The notes below the pieces were generated by a model. That model did not search any database. It was not told the DNA's origin and saw only the letters and a program-made list of their open reading frames with translations. A program made the position numbers and the translations under genes. Positions 38,556-47,909 of a DNA stretch of 64,000 bases are shown here, one piece after another. Source of the DNA: a virus; the IMG/VR virus record IMGVR_UViG_3300010885_061525, positions 1-64,000 of that record; one strand, given 5' to 3'. Every line of letters begins with the position of its first letter. The stretch's first letter is position 1.

Positions 38556-40185
38556 ATTTAGTCAATTAAATACCGGGTTCTCAGTAATGGCTAATGATAT
38601 TCTCATCGCCATGCATAATAGCGGTAAGTACGAAGTAGCGGAATTGGCTTCCTACTTAGAGGACGGTTCCCCAAGGATCAATTCTGTTCCTTGGAAGGTC
38701 TATCCTGTAATACCGTCAGACCCAAAAGAGAATCAAGAATACCAGCAAAACTATAGAACATCTCAATTTGGAAGTCACAGATTTGATAAGGCTGTTATAG
38801 ATTTCAAACCTGATGTCGTATTTTCATACCGAGATTTTTGGCATGATGAATGGATAACAAAATCGGCATCAAGATATCTTTTTAATTACGTCTGGTCTGC
38901 TTGTATAGATTCTGAACCTCCAAAAGTTGATTGGATGGGAATATATTCAACAGTAGATAGAATGACCTCATACACAGATTGGGGAATGTCCGTTCTAAAG
39001 AAATACTCTGGACGGCAGCTCAAAATGGCCGACACCAACACTATGCCAGGTGTAGATCAAAATGTCTTCAAGCCAATTAAAAAGAGTGATGCTAGACATT
39101 CATTAGGAATCAAAGATGACATCAATGTAGTATTAACAGTGATGAGAAATCAACCAAGAAAGCTTTTTCCTGATCTTATGTTTGCGTTTTCTAAAACATT
39201 AGAAACGTGGAACGACCTTGGTCGAACTGATCTAGTAGATAATACATATCTGTACTTACATACCAGTTATCCAGATGTTGGTTTTGATATTGGAAAAGAC
39301 ATATTAAAGTATAAGCTGTCTTCAAAGGTTTTGATGACGTATTGTTGTAATCATTGCCATGCGTATTTTGCCTCGTTTTTCAACGGGGAAATTTGCGCAT
39401 GCAATAATTGCGGAAACTTCACCGCCCATCCCCCAAACACAGCCATGGGTCTTACAAGAGAGCAGTTGGCTGTAGTATATAATACCGCCGATCTTTACGC
39501 TCAACTAAGCATTGCCGGCGCTCTAGAGATTCCATTGATAGAAGCTAAGGCTTGCGGAATTCCTACAATAGCCACCGACTACGCTGCTATGCATGAAATA
39601 AACTCTCTTGGAGGATCGTATGGAAGCATCAAAGTTTCAGCGTGGAGAGAGGAGTCAGATAAGGAGACAGGTCAAATCAGAGCAATGCCTGATCCAATTG
39701 ACTGCTCTAAAAAGATCGCTGATTTCTTCATGGAGTCAAAATCCTTTAAAGAACAACTTTCAATTGATGCATTAAATACAGTCAAGCGACATCATTCTAA
39801 CGAAGAGACGTATAATAAATGGGACAAAATATTCGATTCAATGCCCTTTCTACCTGATGATAGATGGTATAAAAAACCAAATGTGATCGATACGAGCAAG
39901 ATAGACTTGAACATCGCTTATAATGATGAAGATTTTATCAATTATTTAGTTTTTAATTTTACCCCTCCAAAGGCTGCGCTAAGAGCTTTTGCTGCAAGAA
40001 AAGAGTTGTCTGCAGCCCTAAAGACTAAGATTAAAACGGAAAATAATGCAGCTAGAAAATTGAATAGGTCTGATATAGTAACAGCTGTAGTACAAACTGC
40101 TCATCAGTTTAATGCTTTTGAGCAATTCAGATACGGCGTGGTTAACAAGATTAAAAACAAAATTGATATGGTGGAGGTGGTATGA
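38503..40185 (+). CDS. GT4 glycosyltransferase with Zn-ribbon insertion
   Basis: TGFS, VMRNQPRK, CNHC...CNNC, LEIPLIEAKACGIPTIATDY. Confidence 0.85.
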   Translation: MQDSQQENRKKRVLLVTEFSQLNTGFSVMANDILIAMHNSGKYEVAELASYLEDGSPRINSVPWKVYPVIPSDPKENQEYQQNYRTSQFGSHRFDKAVIDFKPDVVFSYRDFWHDEWITKSASRYLFNYVWSACIDSEPPKVDWMGIYSTVDRMTSYTDWGMSVLKKYSGRQLKMADTNTMPGVDQNVFKPIKKSDARHSLGIKDDINVVLTVMRNQPRKLFPDLMFAFSKTLETWNDLGRTDLVDNTYLYLHTSYPDVGFDIGKDILKYKLSSKVLMTYCCNHCHAYFASFFNGEICACNNCGNFTAHPPNTAMGLTREQLAVVYNTADLYAQLSIAGALEIPLIEAKACGIPTIATDYAAMHEINSLGGSYGSIKVSAWREESDKETGQIRAMPDPIDCSKKIADFFMESKSFKEQLSIDALNTVKRHHSNEETYNKWDKIFDSMPFLPDDRWYKKPNVIDTSKIDLNIAYNDEDFINYLVFNFTPPKAALRAFAARKELSAALKTKIKTENNAARKLNRSDIVTAVVQTAHQFNAFEQFRYGVVNKIKNKIDMVEVV

Positions 40186-41282
40186 AAAAAATAGCTTATA
40201 TATCAGTATATAGAGATGGAACTGGCTACGGAAATGCTGCAATATCGATGATCAAAGCTATCGATAAGGCCGGTATAGATATTGTCCCAATTTGGCTAAG
40301 CCTGAACATGTTCCCATTAAAAAATACAGAGAGAATTTCCGAGCTAGAGAAGGGGAGTTTGGATGGAGTGTCTACGGTAATCCAACAATCTCTTCCTGAC
40401 ACGTTTGTTAGGATAGAAGGGGTAAAGAATATAGGATATTTCTTTTGGGAAACTGATAGCTTCGTAGGATCTGGTTGGAAAAGCGGGTGTGAGTTAATGG
40501 ATGAGATTTGGGTTACTACTGAAGAGCAGAAGGAGGCATGCGTTGCCTCTGGAGTCGATCCATTAAAAATACGCATTGTAGATCAACCTAAAGAGCTAAC
40601 GAAATCAGAACACAAGTTTGACTTCAAAAAGTATGGATTAGAAAATACTTTCAAATTTTATACTATATCTGATTATTCAAACAAGAAAAATATTAATGGG
40701 CTGATGCATAGTTTCCTAACCGAATTTTCGATATATGACAACGTCTCTTTAACAATTAAAGCTTATATAAGTTCAAGACCTCCAATTGAAAGTAAAAATC
40801 ATATTAAATCAACTATTCAAGAACTTAAAAAACAGATAGGAAAGCCTGATCATGTATATCCAAAAATTGCTATCATAACTGATATGCTGTCTGAAAATGA
40901 TTTATCGGGATTGGAAAACTCTTGCGACTGCTTTGTTTCTTCATCTCGCGGTGAAGGGGAAGGTCTTCCTATGGTTCAATCAGCATTAAAGGGGAAGCCA
41001 GTAATAGCTTCATGCATATCTGGAATTTCCAAAAATTTTAAAAACAAGGGACTGTTAATCAAAAACCTAATTAAAAAGAAGGTTTTCGGAATGAATAGCG
41101 GAGCATACTACAACTACAACGAAAATTGGCTAGACCCATCTACTACAGATATAGCTGATAAAATGCGCTATGTCCTAGAAAATCCAAACGAAGTACAAGA
41201 GATAGTCAAAGAGAATAAAGAGTATATAGAAGAGAACTTCTCAATAGAAGCCTGCGCAAAGAAACTGGCGGAAATACTATGA
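40182..41282 (+). CDS. GT4 glycosyltransferase
   Basis: GTGYG, FFWETD, SSRGEGEGLPMVQS...GKPVI. Confidence 0.85.
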   Translation: MKKIAYISVYRDGTGYGNAAISMIKAIDKAGIDIVPIWLSLNMFPLKNTERISELEKGSLDGVSTVIQQSLPDTFVRIEGVKNIGYFFWETDSFVGSGWKSGCELMDEIWVTTEEQKEACVASGVDPLKIRIVDQPKELTKSEHKFDFKKYGLENTFKFYTISDYSNKKNINGLMHSFLTEFSIYDNVSLTIKAYISSRPPIESKNHIKSTIQELKKQIGKPDHVYPKIAIITDMLSENDLSGLENSCDCFVSSSRGEGEGLPMVQSALKGKPVIASCISGISKNFKNKGLLIKNLIKKKVFGMNSGAYYNYNENWLDPSTTDIADKMRYVLENPNEVQEIVKENKEYIEENFSIEACAKKLAEIL

Positions 41283-42298
41283 ATCCTATTAGTTATATAA
41301 GCAATAAAATAAACAGAGTTAAAAAAGATAAATATAAAATCTTGACTTTTTCTACGCATGAAGCGTATCAAGAGGCCATGGCTAAAACCGGGCATCATTT
41401 CTACCTTCTTCAGACTGAAGGCTGCAAACAATGGAATGAGGATTTTAGAAAACTCCCAAGTAATTGCACTATTATTAATAATATAGAACATATACCGTAT
41501 GATATAGATTTTCTACTATCACAAGAGAGATACTCACAGCTGCAGAAAATGAGCGGATTATCTAATCATATTAGACTTCCATTGATACATTTAGACCATG
41601 TCGAACCCGTAAAAAACGAATCGTTTCCCGCGCTAAAAGCACTCAAAGCTGACTTCAACGTCTTTATAACAGAGCATAATAAGGAAAGCTGGGAAAATAC
41701 TGATGGAGTTGTTATATCTCATGGTATTAATACTGATACATTTTCGGGTTGGATTCCTAATACGTCTAAAACAGTTGTCTATATAGTCAATTACCTCAAA
41801 GAGAGAGATTTTTTCTGCGGATGGAAGGAGTGGGAATACATTAAAAATAAAGTAAACGCAATAGATCCTACGATAAAGTTTAAGTTGATAGGAGACAATC
41901 CTGGAATAAGTAAGACTATATCTGATCCAAAAGAGCTTGCTCTTGAATTAAAAAAATGCGCCTGTTATATCAACACGTCTAAATTCTCCCCTGTTCCAAT
42001 GTCTCTTCTTGAAGCTATGTCGTGCGGTATGCCGATAGTATCTACTAAACATCAACAAGTGGCTAAGCTTTTAAATGAGTCGAATTCAATATCATCTAAT
42101 GATTTAGATCAATTAGCAGATGGGATCGTTAATGTATGCAATAACAACAAACTTTATAAGAGCATTGGTGTTAATGCTAGAAATGAAATATTGAACAAGT
42201 TTTCAATGGAATCGTTTATGAATAACTGGAACGACATTTTCGATAAAGCCTATAATAAAAGACTTGGTGAATTAAATGAAATATTTTATAACAAATAA
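41279..42298 (+). CDS. GT4 glycosyltransferase
   Basis: HGINTDTF; SPVPMSLLEAMSCGMPIVS. Confidence 0.85.
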   Translation: MNPISYISNKINRVKKDKYKILTFSTHEAYQEAMAKTGHHFYLLQTEGCKQWNEDFRKLPSNCTIINNIEHIPYDIDFLLSQERYSQLQKMSGLSNHIRLPLIHLDHVEPVKNESFPALKALKADFNVFITEHNKESWENTDGVVISHGINTDTFSGWIPNTSKTVVYIVNYLKERDFFCGWKEWEYIKNKVNAIDPTIKFKLIGDNPGISKTISDPKELALELKKCACYINTSKFSPVPMSLLEAMSCGMPIVSTKHQQVAKLLNESNSISSNDLDQLADGIVNVCNNNKLYKSIGVNARNEILNKFSMESFMNNWNDIFDKAYNKRLGELNEIFYNK

Positions 42299-42686
42299 AG
42301 AAGAAACGTATTTAGATTTTATAAAGATCACATCTGATGATTTTAAAAGTCTAAAGGAAAAAACTATTGAAGAAATTTTTGTGGCTAGCGGGACTTTTGA
42401 ATCTATCAAAGATCCAAGCTCACTAATTGAAGATATCAAAAAGGCAACAGATAATAAGTGTAAAATTGCATTAAATTTTATAAATATATATCAATTGTTT
42501 GTAGATGTAGCTTTTCATAGAACTGACATTGGTATTGGTCATTTAGTTTGCAGAAGCATGGAGAATCCATTTAATGTGAATGCTGCATCTTCCTTTGTTA
42601 AAAAGTCGGGGCTAAAAATAATTAGAACCAACCTAGAGGAAAATTCAAAATTTATCAGAATTGAGTGTGTTAATGAGTGGGAATAA
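42276..42686 (+). CDS. Hypothetical protein
   Basis: Coupled ORF within the GT cluster. Confidence 0.5.
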   Translation: MKYFITNKEETYLDFIKITSDDFKSLKEKTIEEIFVASGTFESIKDPSSLIEDIKKATDNKCKIALNFINIYQLFVDVAFHRTDIGIGHLVCRSMENPFNVNAASSFVKKSGLKIIRTNLEENSKFIRIECVNEWE

Positions 42687-43386
42687 AAAAAATATATCTG
42701 TTATAATTACAACGTATAATGAAGAAAAATTCATAGCTGAAGCTTTAATGAGCGTTGTTAATCAAACGCTGAATCCATTAAATTTTGAAATAATCGTTGT
42801 AGATGATGGAGGGACTGATAATACGGATAAAGTTCTAAACAGTCTTAAGAAAGAGCATAATCTATCCTTTCGATACATGAAAAAGAAAAATGGAGGAACC
42901 GCATCTGCTCGTAATTTCGGCGTAGCAAACTCCACAGGGGAGTTTATAGCCTTCTTAGATGGCGACGACTCATATCTTCCTAACAAGCTGGTTAGTTCAG
43001 CTAGATTCATGGCTAAAGGCGGAAATATAGGAATTGTATATTCTGATTATATAGAAAAACACAGTGATAAATCTAACTATAGACTTAAGCAAAATTTCGA
43101 TAGAGATAAACTATTTAGCGAATGTATAATTTCCACCAACTCTATGGTCAGAAGGAGTGCTTTAGAGAAAGTTGGAGGCTTAGATGAGACATTCAAATAT
43201 GTGGAAGACTATGATCTTTGGTGTAGAATTGTCATGTCTGGATATTTTGCATTGAGAGTTCCAGAGCCTCTTTTTGTCTATAATTCACACGCTGCTAGCA
43301 AAACAAACTCAACAAATTTTGATAAAATCAACCCCGAATGGGCAAGAATAAGAGAAAGAATTTCAAAAAATGAATGGCATATCTAA
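42673..43386 (+). CDS. GT2 glycosyltransferase
   Basis: ISVIITTYN, VVDDGGTD, NGGTASARNFG, FLDGDD, EDYDLW. Confidence 0.92.
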   Translation: MSGNKKNISVIITTYNEEKFIAEALMSVVNQTLNPLNFEIIVVDDGGTDNTDKVLNSLKKEHNLSFRYMKKKNGGTASARNFGVANSTGEFIAFLDGDDSYLPNKLVSSARFMAKGGNIGIVYSDYIEKHSDKSNYRLKQNFDRDKLFSECIISTNSMVRRSALEKVGGLDETFKYVEDYDLWCRIVMSGYFALRVPEPLFVYNSHAASKTNSTNFDKINPEWARIRERISKNEWHI

Positions 43387-43888
43387 CGCTAATCCTATCC
43401 AAGACACGTTTTTAATTGGATCTAGATTCCCACAGACAAAATCTATAGCTGTTCTTTTAGACTCTTGTCGATCTCAAGAGTACTATGAATTATCTCAATC
43501 TATCTTTAGTAAAGAGGCTCATCAATACGATATAGCCATATTTTCATCAGACAACAATTCTCCTATCTTGATGCCTCCTTGTGGACTTTATTACTATAAC
43601 TATCTAGAGAATTACAGCGGAAGCGTTTTAGCCGTAACTGTAAGAGGGGCTGTCAATGCAATGGATTGTGGAGCTATCTTTGATAAAAAGGTTTGGCATA
43701 TATCGGATATATCAGATTTTTCCCAATTGGGAGTTACTCTTGATAATCTTTTTGACTTTTTTGATAATATAGTTTTCGTAAATAACTTCGTGAAAAAATC
43801 ATTTTTTAGTATATATAAAAATACGAGTGATGCAAAAACTTCAATCTCCGAAATGGATATAATCTCTCTAGAAACATATTTCCTATGA
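43370..43888 (+). CDS. Hypothetical protein
   Basis: Coupled ORF. Confidence 0.5.
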   Translation: MNGISNANPIQDTFLIGSRFPQTKSIAVLLDSCRSQEYYELSQSIFSKEAHQYDIAIFSSDNNSPILMPPCGLYYYNYLENYSGSVLAVTVRGAVNAMDCGAIFDKKVWHISDISDFSQLGVTLDNLFDFFDNIVFVNNFVKKSFFSIYKNTSDAKTSISEMDIISLETYFL

Positions 43889-44685
43889 AAAAAGAAGAAC
43901 TTATTGCCTTTATAACCCAAAATGGCGGTCATACAGAAATCGATATCTCAAAACTAAAGTTAAGTGAACTAAAGGAGATCAAGAATCAAATCGAAATAAA
44001 TAAAGAGCCTCAAAGCAATCACCCAGTGTCTGAATTTGACGAAGGATGGTCTGACTTTGTAATGAGCAACTTTTCAGAAAAAGAGCTAAGAGATAGCATG
44101 CCTACCTGCGATGGTCTTAGAAGAGTGTTTAAAAAATTAATTGGGGATATAACTCAGTGTTCAATGGATGTAATTAAAGCTCCAACCACTACAGATCAAA
44201 CCGCTACAGTATCATGTCACATATCATATGTTAAACATGGCTCTTCTAAGAGTAGAAGTATCAGCGATGCTTTTGATGTTAATCAAGACAATACACCGTG
44301 GCCTTATTGTAAATCAAGTGTTGGAACAGCAGCGACAAAGGCTGAGGCTAGAGCTTTGCGAAAAGCCCTTGGTCTAGTTAAAGTTTACTCAGCTGAAGAG
44401 GTGCAAGAGGGTCTTAATTCTGATGAAATGCAGAACTCGTCTCCTGACGCTAATCGACCAATCTCAGACAGTGCCAAGATTGCTATCAACACTATGTGCA
44501 ATCGTTTGTCTGTCAAGCCTTCCAAATTATTCAAATTTATGGGGGTAGAAAAAGATGACGTTTCACATTTGAGCTACGCAGAATCACATTCGGTTTTAGC
44601 TAAATTAAACGCCTTCACAAGAGGAGAGATGAATGGCGGAGAGTCAGTTCCTGATGGAATCAAATCATCGGAGATAATATTCTAA
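43885..44685 (+). CDS. Putative ssDNA-annealing protein (Rad52/Sak-like)
   Basis: TAATKAEARALRKALGL helix after a beta meander. Confidence 0.5.
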   Translation: MKKEELIAFITQNGGHTEIDISKLKLSELKEIKNQIEINKEPQSNHPVSEFDEGWSDFVMSNFSEKELRDSMPTCDGLRRVFKKLIGDITQCSMDVIKAPTTTDQTATVSCHISYVKHGSSKSRSISDAFDVNQDNTPWPYCKSSVGTAATKAEARALRKALGLVKVYSAEEVQEGLNSDEMQNSSPDANRPISDSAKIAINTMCNRLSVKPSKLFKFMGVEKDDVSHLSYAESHSVLAKLNAFTRGEMNGGESVPDGIKSSEIIF

Positions 44686-45179
44686 TGCAAGACAAAAAAT
44701 ACAATCCTGCTTATAAGATATATAAGCCAAATCCAAAAGATACGAGCAAGGGTTCTGCTACATCTTGGGAATACAATCCCTCCACAAAGAATTTCTTCTT
44801 AACGATTGCTAAACAGAGTGAAGCAAAAGACGATTCTGGAAATGCCACATTTAAATGGAAGGATGATTCTGAGACTGTAAAACTTGATCTCGAAGAGTTG
44901 TCTGAGATAATGTTGGTTATTAGTAATAATAAATCACATCTTGGTTCTTCTGACGGTCAGACTCAAAAAGGAAAGGGTCTGTTTCATCAGACTAAGGACG
45001 GCAATACTATAGTTAAACTCTATCAAATAGATGGTGATAATGGTATTACATTTGGACTAGAAATAAGTTCTAAGAAATCAGATAAACTTTTTTGGTCAGG
45101 GCAAAGAATAACCCCAGCCGAAGCTGGGGTCATCTCGCAAATATGCTCTTTTTGCATCAAAGATATAATTTTTTACTGA
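44685..45179 (+). CDS. Putative Whirly/PC4-like ssDNA-binding protein
   Basis: YKIYK..KGSA, FLTIA, FKW....VKLDLEEL, LFH, ITPAE. Confidence 0.55.
   Translation: MQDKKYNPAYKIYKPNPKDTSKGSATSWEYNPSTKNFFLTIAKQSEAKDDSGNATFKWKDDSETVKLDLEELSEIMLVISNNKSHLGSSDGQTQKGKGLFHQTKDGNTIVKLYQIDGDNGITFGLEISSKKSDKLFWSGQRITPAEAGVISQICSFCIKDIIFY
45103..45130 (-). terminator. Intrinsic terminator for the - strand operon, inside the convergent gene
   Basis: - strand ACCCCAGC-TTCG-GCTGGGGT-TATTCTTT (cUUCGg loop), about 40 nt past stop 45173. Confidence 0.7.
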
Positions 45180-45568
45180 TCCATATAACCGGCGTCGTTT
45201 TCCATGGTAGTATCAAGATTGGACGAGTCTAAGCTCATCGGATCAACTCCTTCGACCCCCTCAACCTCTCCGGGTTCTTCCACCTCTGAATTTTCACTCT
45301 TCATATAATCTGTAGCCGACGATATATAATCAGCGGCCAGTGTTATTTTTGACTGTATCCATTCAGGAAGATCAGCTTCCTCCATGATCATGTCATGAAG
45401 TTCTTGGGCATTTCTAATAATAGATCTGAGATCTGATTTAGCCATACCCCCTTCTCCTCCAAGTTCGTCATTGTTTGACGAAGTATCTGGAGCTAACACT
45501 GGCGCCATTAGCTCAGTAGAGTCCATCGCCGCACGTAACTTATTTAGTAATTTTATTTTATTTTTCAT
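45173..45568 (-). CDS. Leader-bearing conserved phage domain protein
   Basis: MKNKIKLLNKLRAA; EGGMAKSDL...LPEWIQSKITLAADYI motif recalled from large phages. Confidence 0.7.
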   Translation of the reverse strand: MKNKIKLLNKLRAAMDSTELMAPVLAPDTSSNNDELGGEGGMAKSDLRSIIRNAQELHDMIMEEADLPEWIQSKITLAADYISSATDYMKSENSEVEEPGEVEGVEGVDPMSLDSSNLDTTMENDAGYMDQ

Positions 45569-45569
45569 A

Positions 45570-46325
45570 TTAGAATCCGCAGAATAAACTATTTGACATT
45601 TGTCTGATTGGTGACGTAATGGTAGGATGCGCAGTTTTACAAGCTCTTACAGAAGCGCTGTATTGAGAGCATAAATTCTTCAATTTAGTGTCAACGTCTG
45701 AGCAATTCATACTAGGTTGTTGAGAACAGAATTGTGTTACTATTCTTTCTAAGCCTCTCAATAATTCTCTTTCTACATTGCAATAACATGAATATGCATT
45801 TATACTTTCTGCGCTACCAGGCTCAGTAGGAGTGGTATTTGCCATAGCGCATAAACTATCGACTGCCGAGCATCTATTTCTAAGCCAATTATTTACGATT
45901 GCTTGCAATTTCTTTCTGCAACGATCTAATGGATCAGAAGCGGGCATAGGGCTTGATCCCACATTCATTGCGTTCAAACATCTTGCCCATGGAATCTTAT
46001 TAATAGTGCAACCATTTGTAGGTTCTACTGAAGTGGGTCTTTGGCCCCCACATCTGCTAGTTTCGCACGGTCCCTCACCAACCTGGGCTGTACGATTCGG
46101 AAAGTGTACAGAATCCATTTTCTGATTGCACATTTGTTGTAGTTCATTTCCCGAAATAATGGAGTCCGCAGTACTTAGATTGGTACAACTTACGTAAGAA
46201 CCATCGCGCTCTCTTATGCAGCAGTGTGATACGACGCTATAAACGTAAGGCCCTTCTATCGCTGGTTGCACGAAGGCCGCAGAAGCTCTCATCAATTTAT
46301 CAAGTATTACATTTAATTTATTCAT
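45570..46325 (-). CDS. Leader-bearing 18-Cys protein
   Basis: Start ATG 46325 (ATGA overlap), MNKLNVILDKLMRAS; 18 Cys in 251 aa. Confidence 0.7.
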   Translation of the reverse strand: MNKLNVILDKLMRASAAFVQPAIEGPYVYSVVSHCCIRERDGSYVSCTNLSTADSIISGNELQQMCNQKMDSVHFPNRTAQVGEGPCETSRCGGQRPTSVEPTNGCTINKIPWARCLNAMNVGSSPMPASDPLDRCRKKLQAIVNNWLRNRCSAVDSLCAMANTTPTEPGSAESINAYSCYCNVERELLRGLERIVTQFCSQQPSMNCSDVDTKLKNLCSQYSASVRACKTAHPTITSPIRQMSNSLFCGF

Positions 46326-46540
46326 TTGATACCTAAAAAGTGAGTTACAAAGGTAATACCTACCGAAGCGAGACACGCGACCATTGCCGATCCAAAATAC
46401 ATTTTAGTCTTTAATATAGCTATTTCTTGCTTTATATGACTTAAATCTTCTTCAATCCGACTAAGTCTTAGATTAGACCTTGTCAGCTCTGAAAGTATTA
46501 GTTTTTTGTATTCGCCCCAGCCATTATTATCTTCTTCCAT
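46322..46540 (-). CDS. Coiled-coil plus C-terminal TM protein (XhlA/holin-like)
   Basis: Heptad segment then TM; GTGTAT at 46571-46566. Confidence 0.6.
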   Translation of the reverse strand: MEEDNNGWGEYKKLILSELTRSNLRLSRIEEDLSHIKQEIAILKTKMYFGSAMVACLASVGITFVTHFLGIK

Positions 46541-46549
46541 TCAATACCT

Positions 46550-47248
46550 CTATAGATACTCTATTATACACGAAAATGGCATTAATGGAGTAGAATTTAT
46601 ATCTCTCGGCTTTATGGCTAAAGCTAAATACCAATCGTGTGTATTGGACGGAATTCCTGTACTGCCAACCTTGGAATAAAGTCCGCTAGGACCAGGATTT
46701 GCGGTTAGGCTTATTGAAGTATTAGCCAAATATAATAATGAAGACCAAGATGTTGATCCTGATCCAATCACTCCCGTGGAGTTAGATGGATGACTTATTT
46801 CAGCCACATATATATCGACAGAATCAGATCTGTTGTTTAAGGGTTTGGCGAGGACATCAACTCCACCTGAATAGTATAATACGTCTAATCCCGATGCTGT
46901 CACATAGGCGGATGTTACATTATAAGAGGTTGCTCCTGTAGCGTTTCCAAAATTTATATTTATGGTTGAAGATGAATTTGGAATACGAACAAGAGAAATT
47001 TGCGTCTCCTCTGATTCATCAAATGATATTGATCCTGAAGTTGAACCAAAGGGCTTGATGTTATTAGCTGAAATGTGTCTTTTATACGAATTAGAATTCA
47101 ATATATTAGTACGATCTTGGTACTCACCAACTTTTATTTTAAAATTGGCTCCAGTTCCAGCGAATCCAAATACGTCAGTTCCTAAATTCTCATGCAGTAT
47201 ACCGCTAGCAGCATTGAATAGAGGGATTCTGAATTTTATCGCAGGCAT
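46550..47248 (-). CDS. Virion structural protein, paralog 2
   Basis: Shares EYQDRT, GSGSTSW, THDWY, IEYL with 47248-47892. Confidence 0.7.
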   Translation of the reverse strand: MPAIKFRIPLFNAASGILHENLGTDVFGFAGTGANFKIKVGEYQDRTNILNSNSYKRHISANNIKPFGSTSGSISFDESEETQISLVRIPNSSSTININFGNATGATSYNVTSAYVTASGLDVLYYSGGVDVLAKPLNNRSDSVDIYVAEISHPSNSTGVIGSGSTSWSSLLYLANTSISLTANPGPSGLYSKVGSTGIPSNTHDWYLALAIKPRDINSTPLMPFSCIIEYL

Positions 47249-47892
47249 TACAGGTACTCAATAGAAAAGTAAAGTCCAAACGCAGTATGTGAGCCAATCC
47301 CTGTAGGAGAGGCAGATAAACAAACGTACCAATCGTGAGTTGTTGAATAAGTATTCGATCCACTGGGTCTCAATCCGCTTAAACCCGGACTGTCCGTTAG
47401 AGAAAGATACGGCGAGCTTCCGCTGCACGAAACCCATGAAGTAGAACCAGATCCAAGCACCGCTTGACTCGTCTCTGGATGCACTACTTCACATGCTTGA
47501 CAAATTACCCCAACTGGACCGGTGTTAATATCTGATCTGTTGTATACTTGTATTTTTCCGTTTTGAGTTCTAACAGAAGAGTCATTAGTAAATCTAACAT
47601 TTAAAGTAGACTTGTAATTTGGAATGTTCTTAATACCAATAGTGGCATCCGCAGTTCCTCCTCTTGATATTAAAGCGCCTGTTGCGCTGACATATTTAAC
47701 ATTGTCTATTTCCGCGCTTACCGCAGTTCCGTTTGCGTTGGAAATGAAAGTTCTATCCTGATACTCGTTTATTCTAACGCTAGAATAAGCTCCGCTATTA
47801 CCAAAAAATCCTAGTCCAGAGCCGCTCATATTCTGAACGCCAGAATTTATCGCCCCAACACCCTCATTCGCGAAAAAAGTTACAGTTGCCAT
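47248..47892 (-). CDS. Virion structural protein, paralog 1
   Basis: As above; GTGTAT at 47906-47901. Confidence 0.7.
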   Translation of the reverse strand: MATVTFFANEGVGAINSGVQNMSGSGLGFFGNSGAYSSVRINEYQDRTFISNANGTAVSAEIDNVKYVSATGALISRGGTADATIGIKNIPNYKSTLNVRFTNDSSVRTQNGKIQVYNRSDINTGPVGVICQACEVVHPETSQAVLGSGSTSWVSCSGSSPYLSLTDSPGLSGLRPSGSNTYSTTHDWYVCLSASPTGIGSHTAFGLYFSIEYL

Positions 47893-47909
47893 AGTATTAT
47901 ATACACCTT

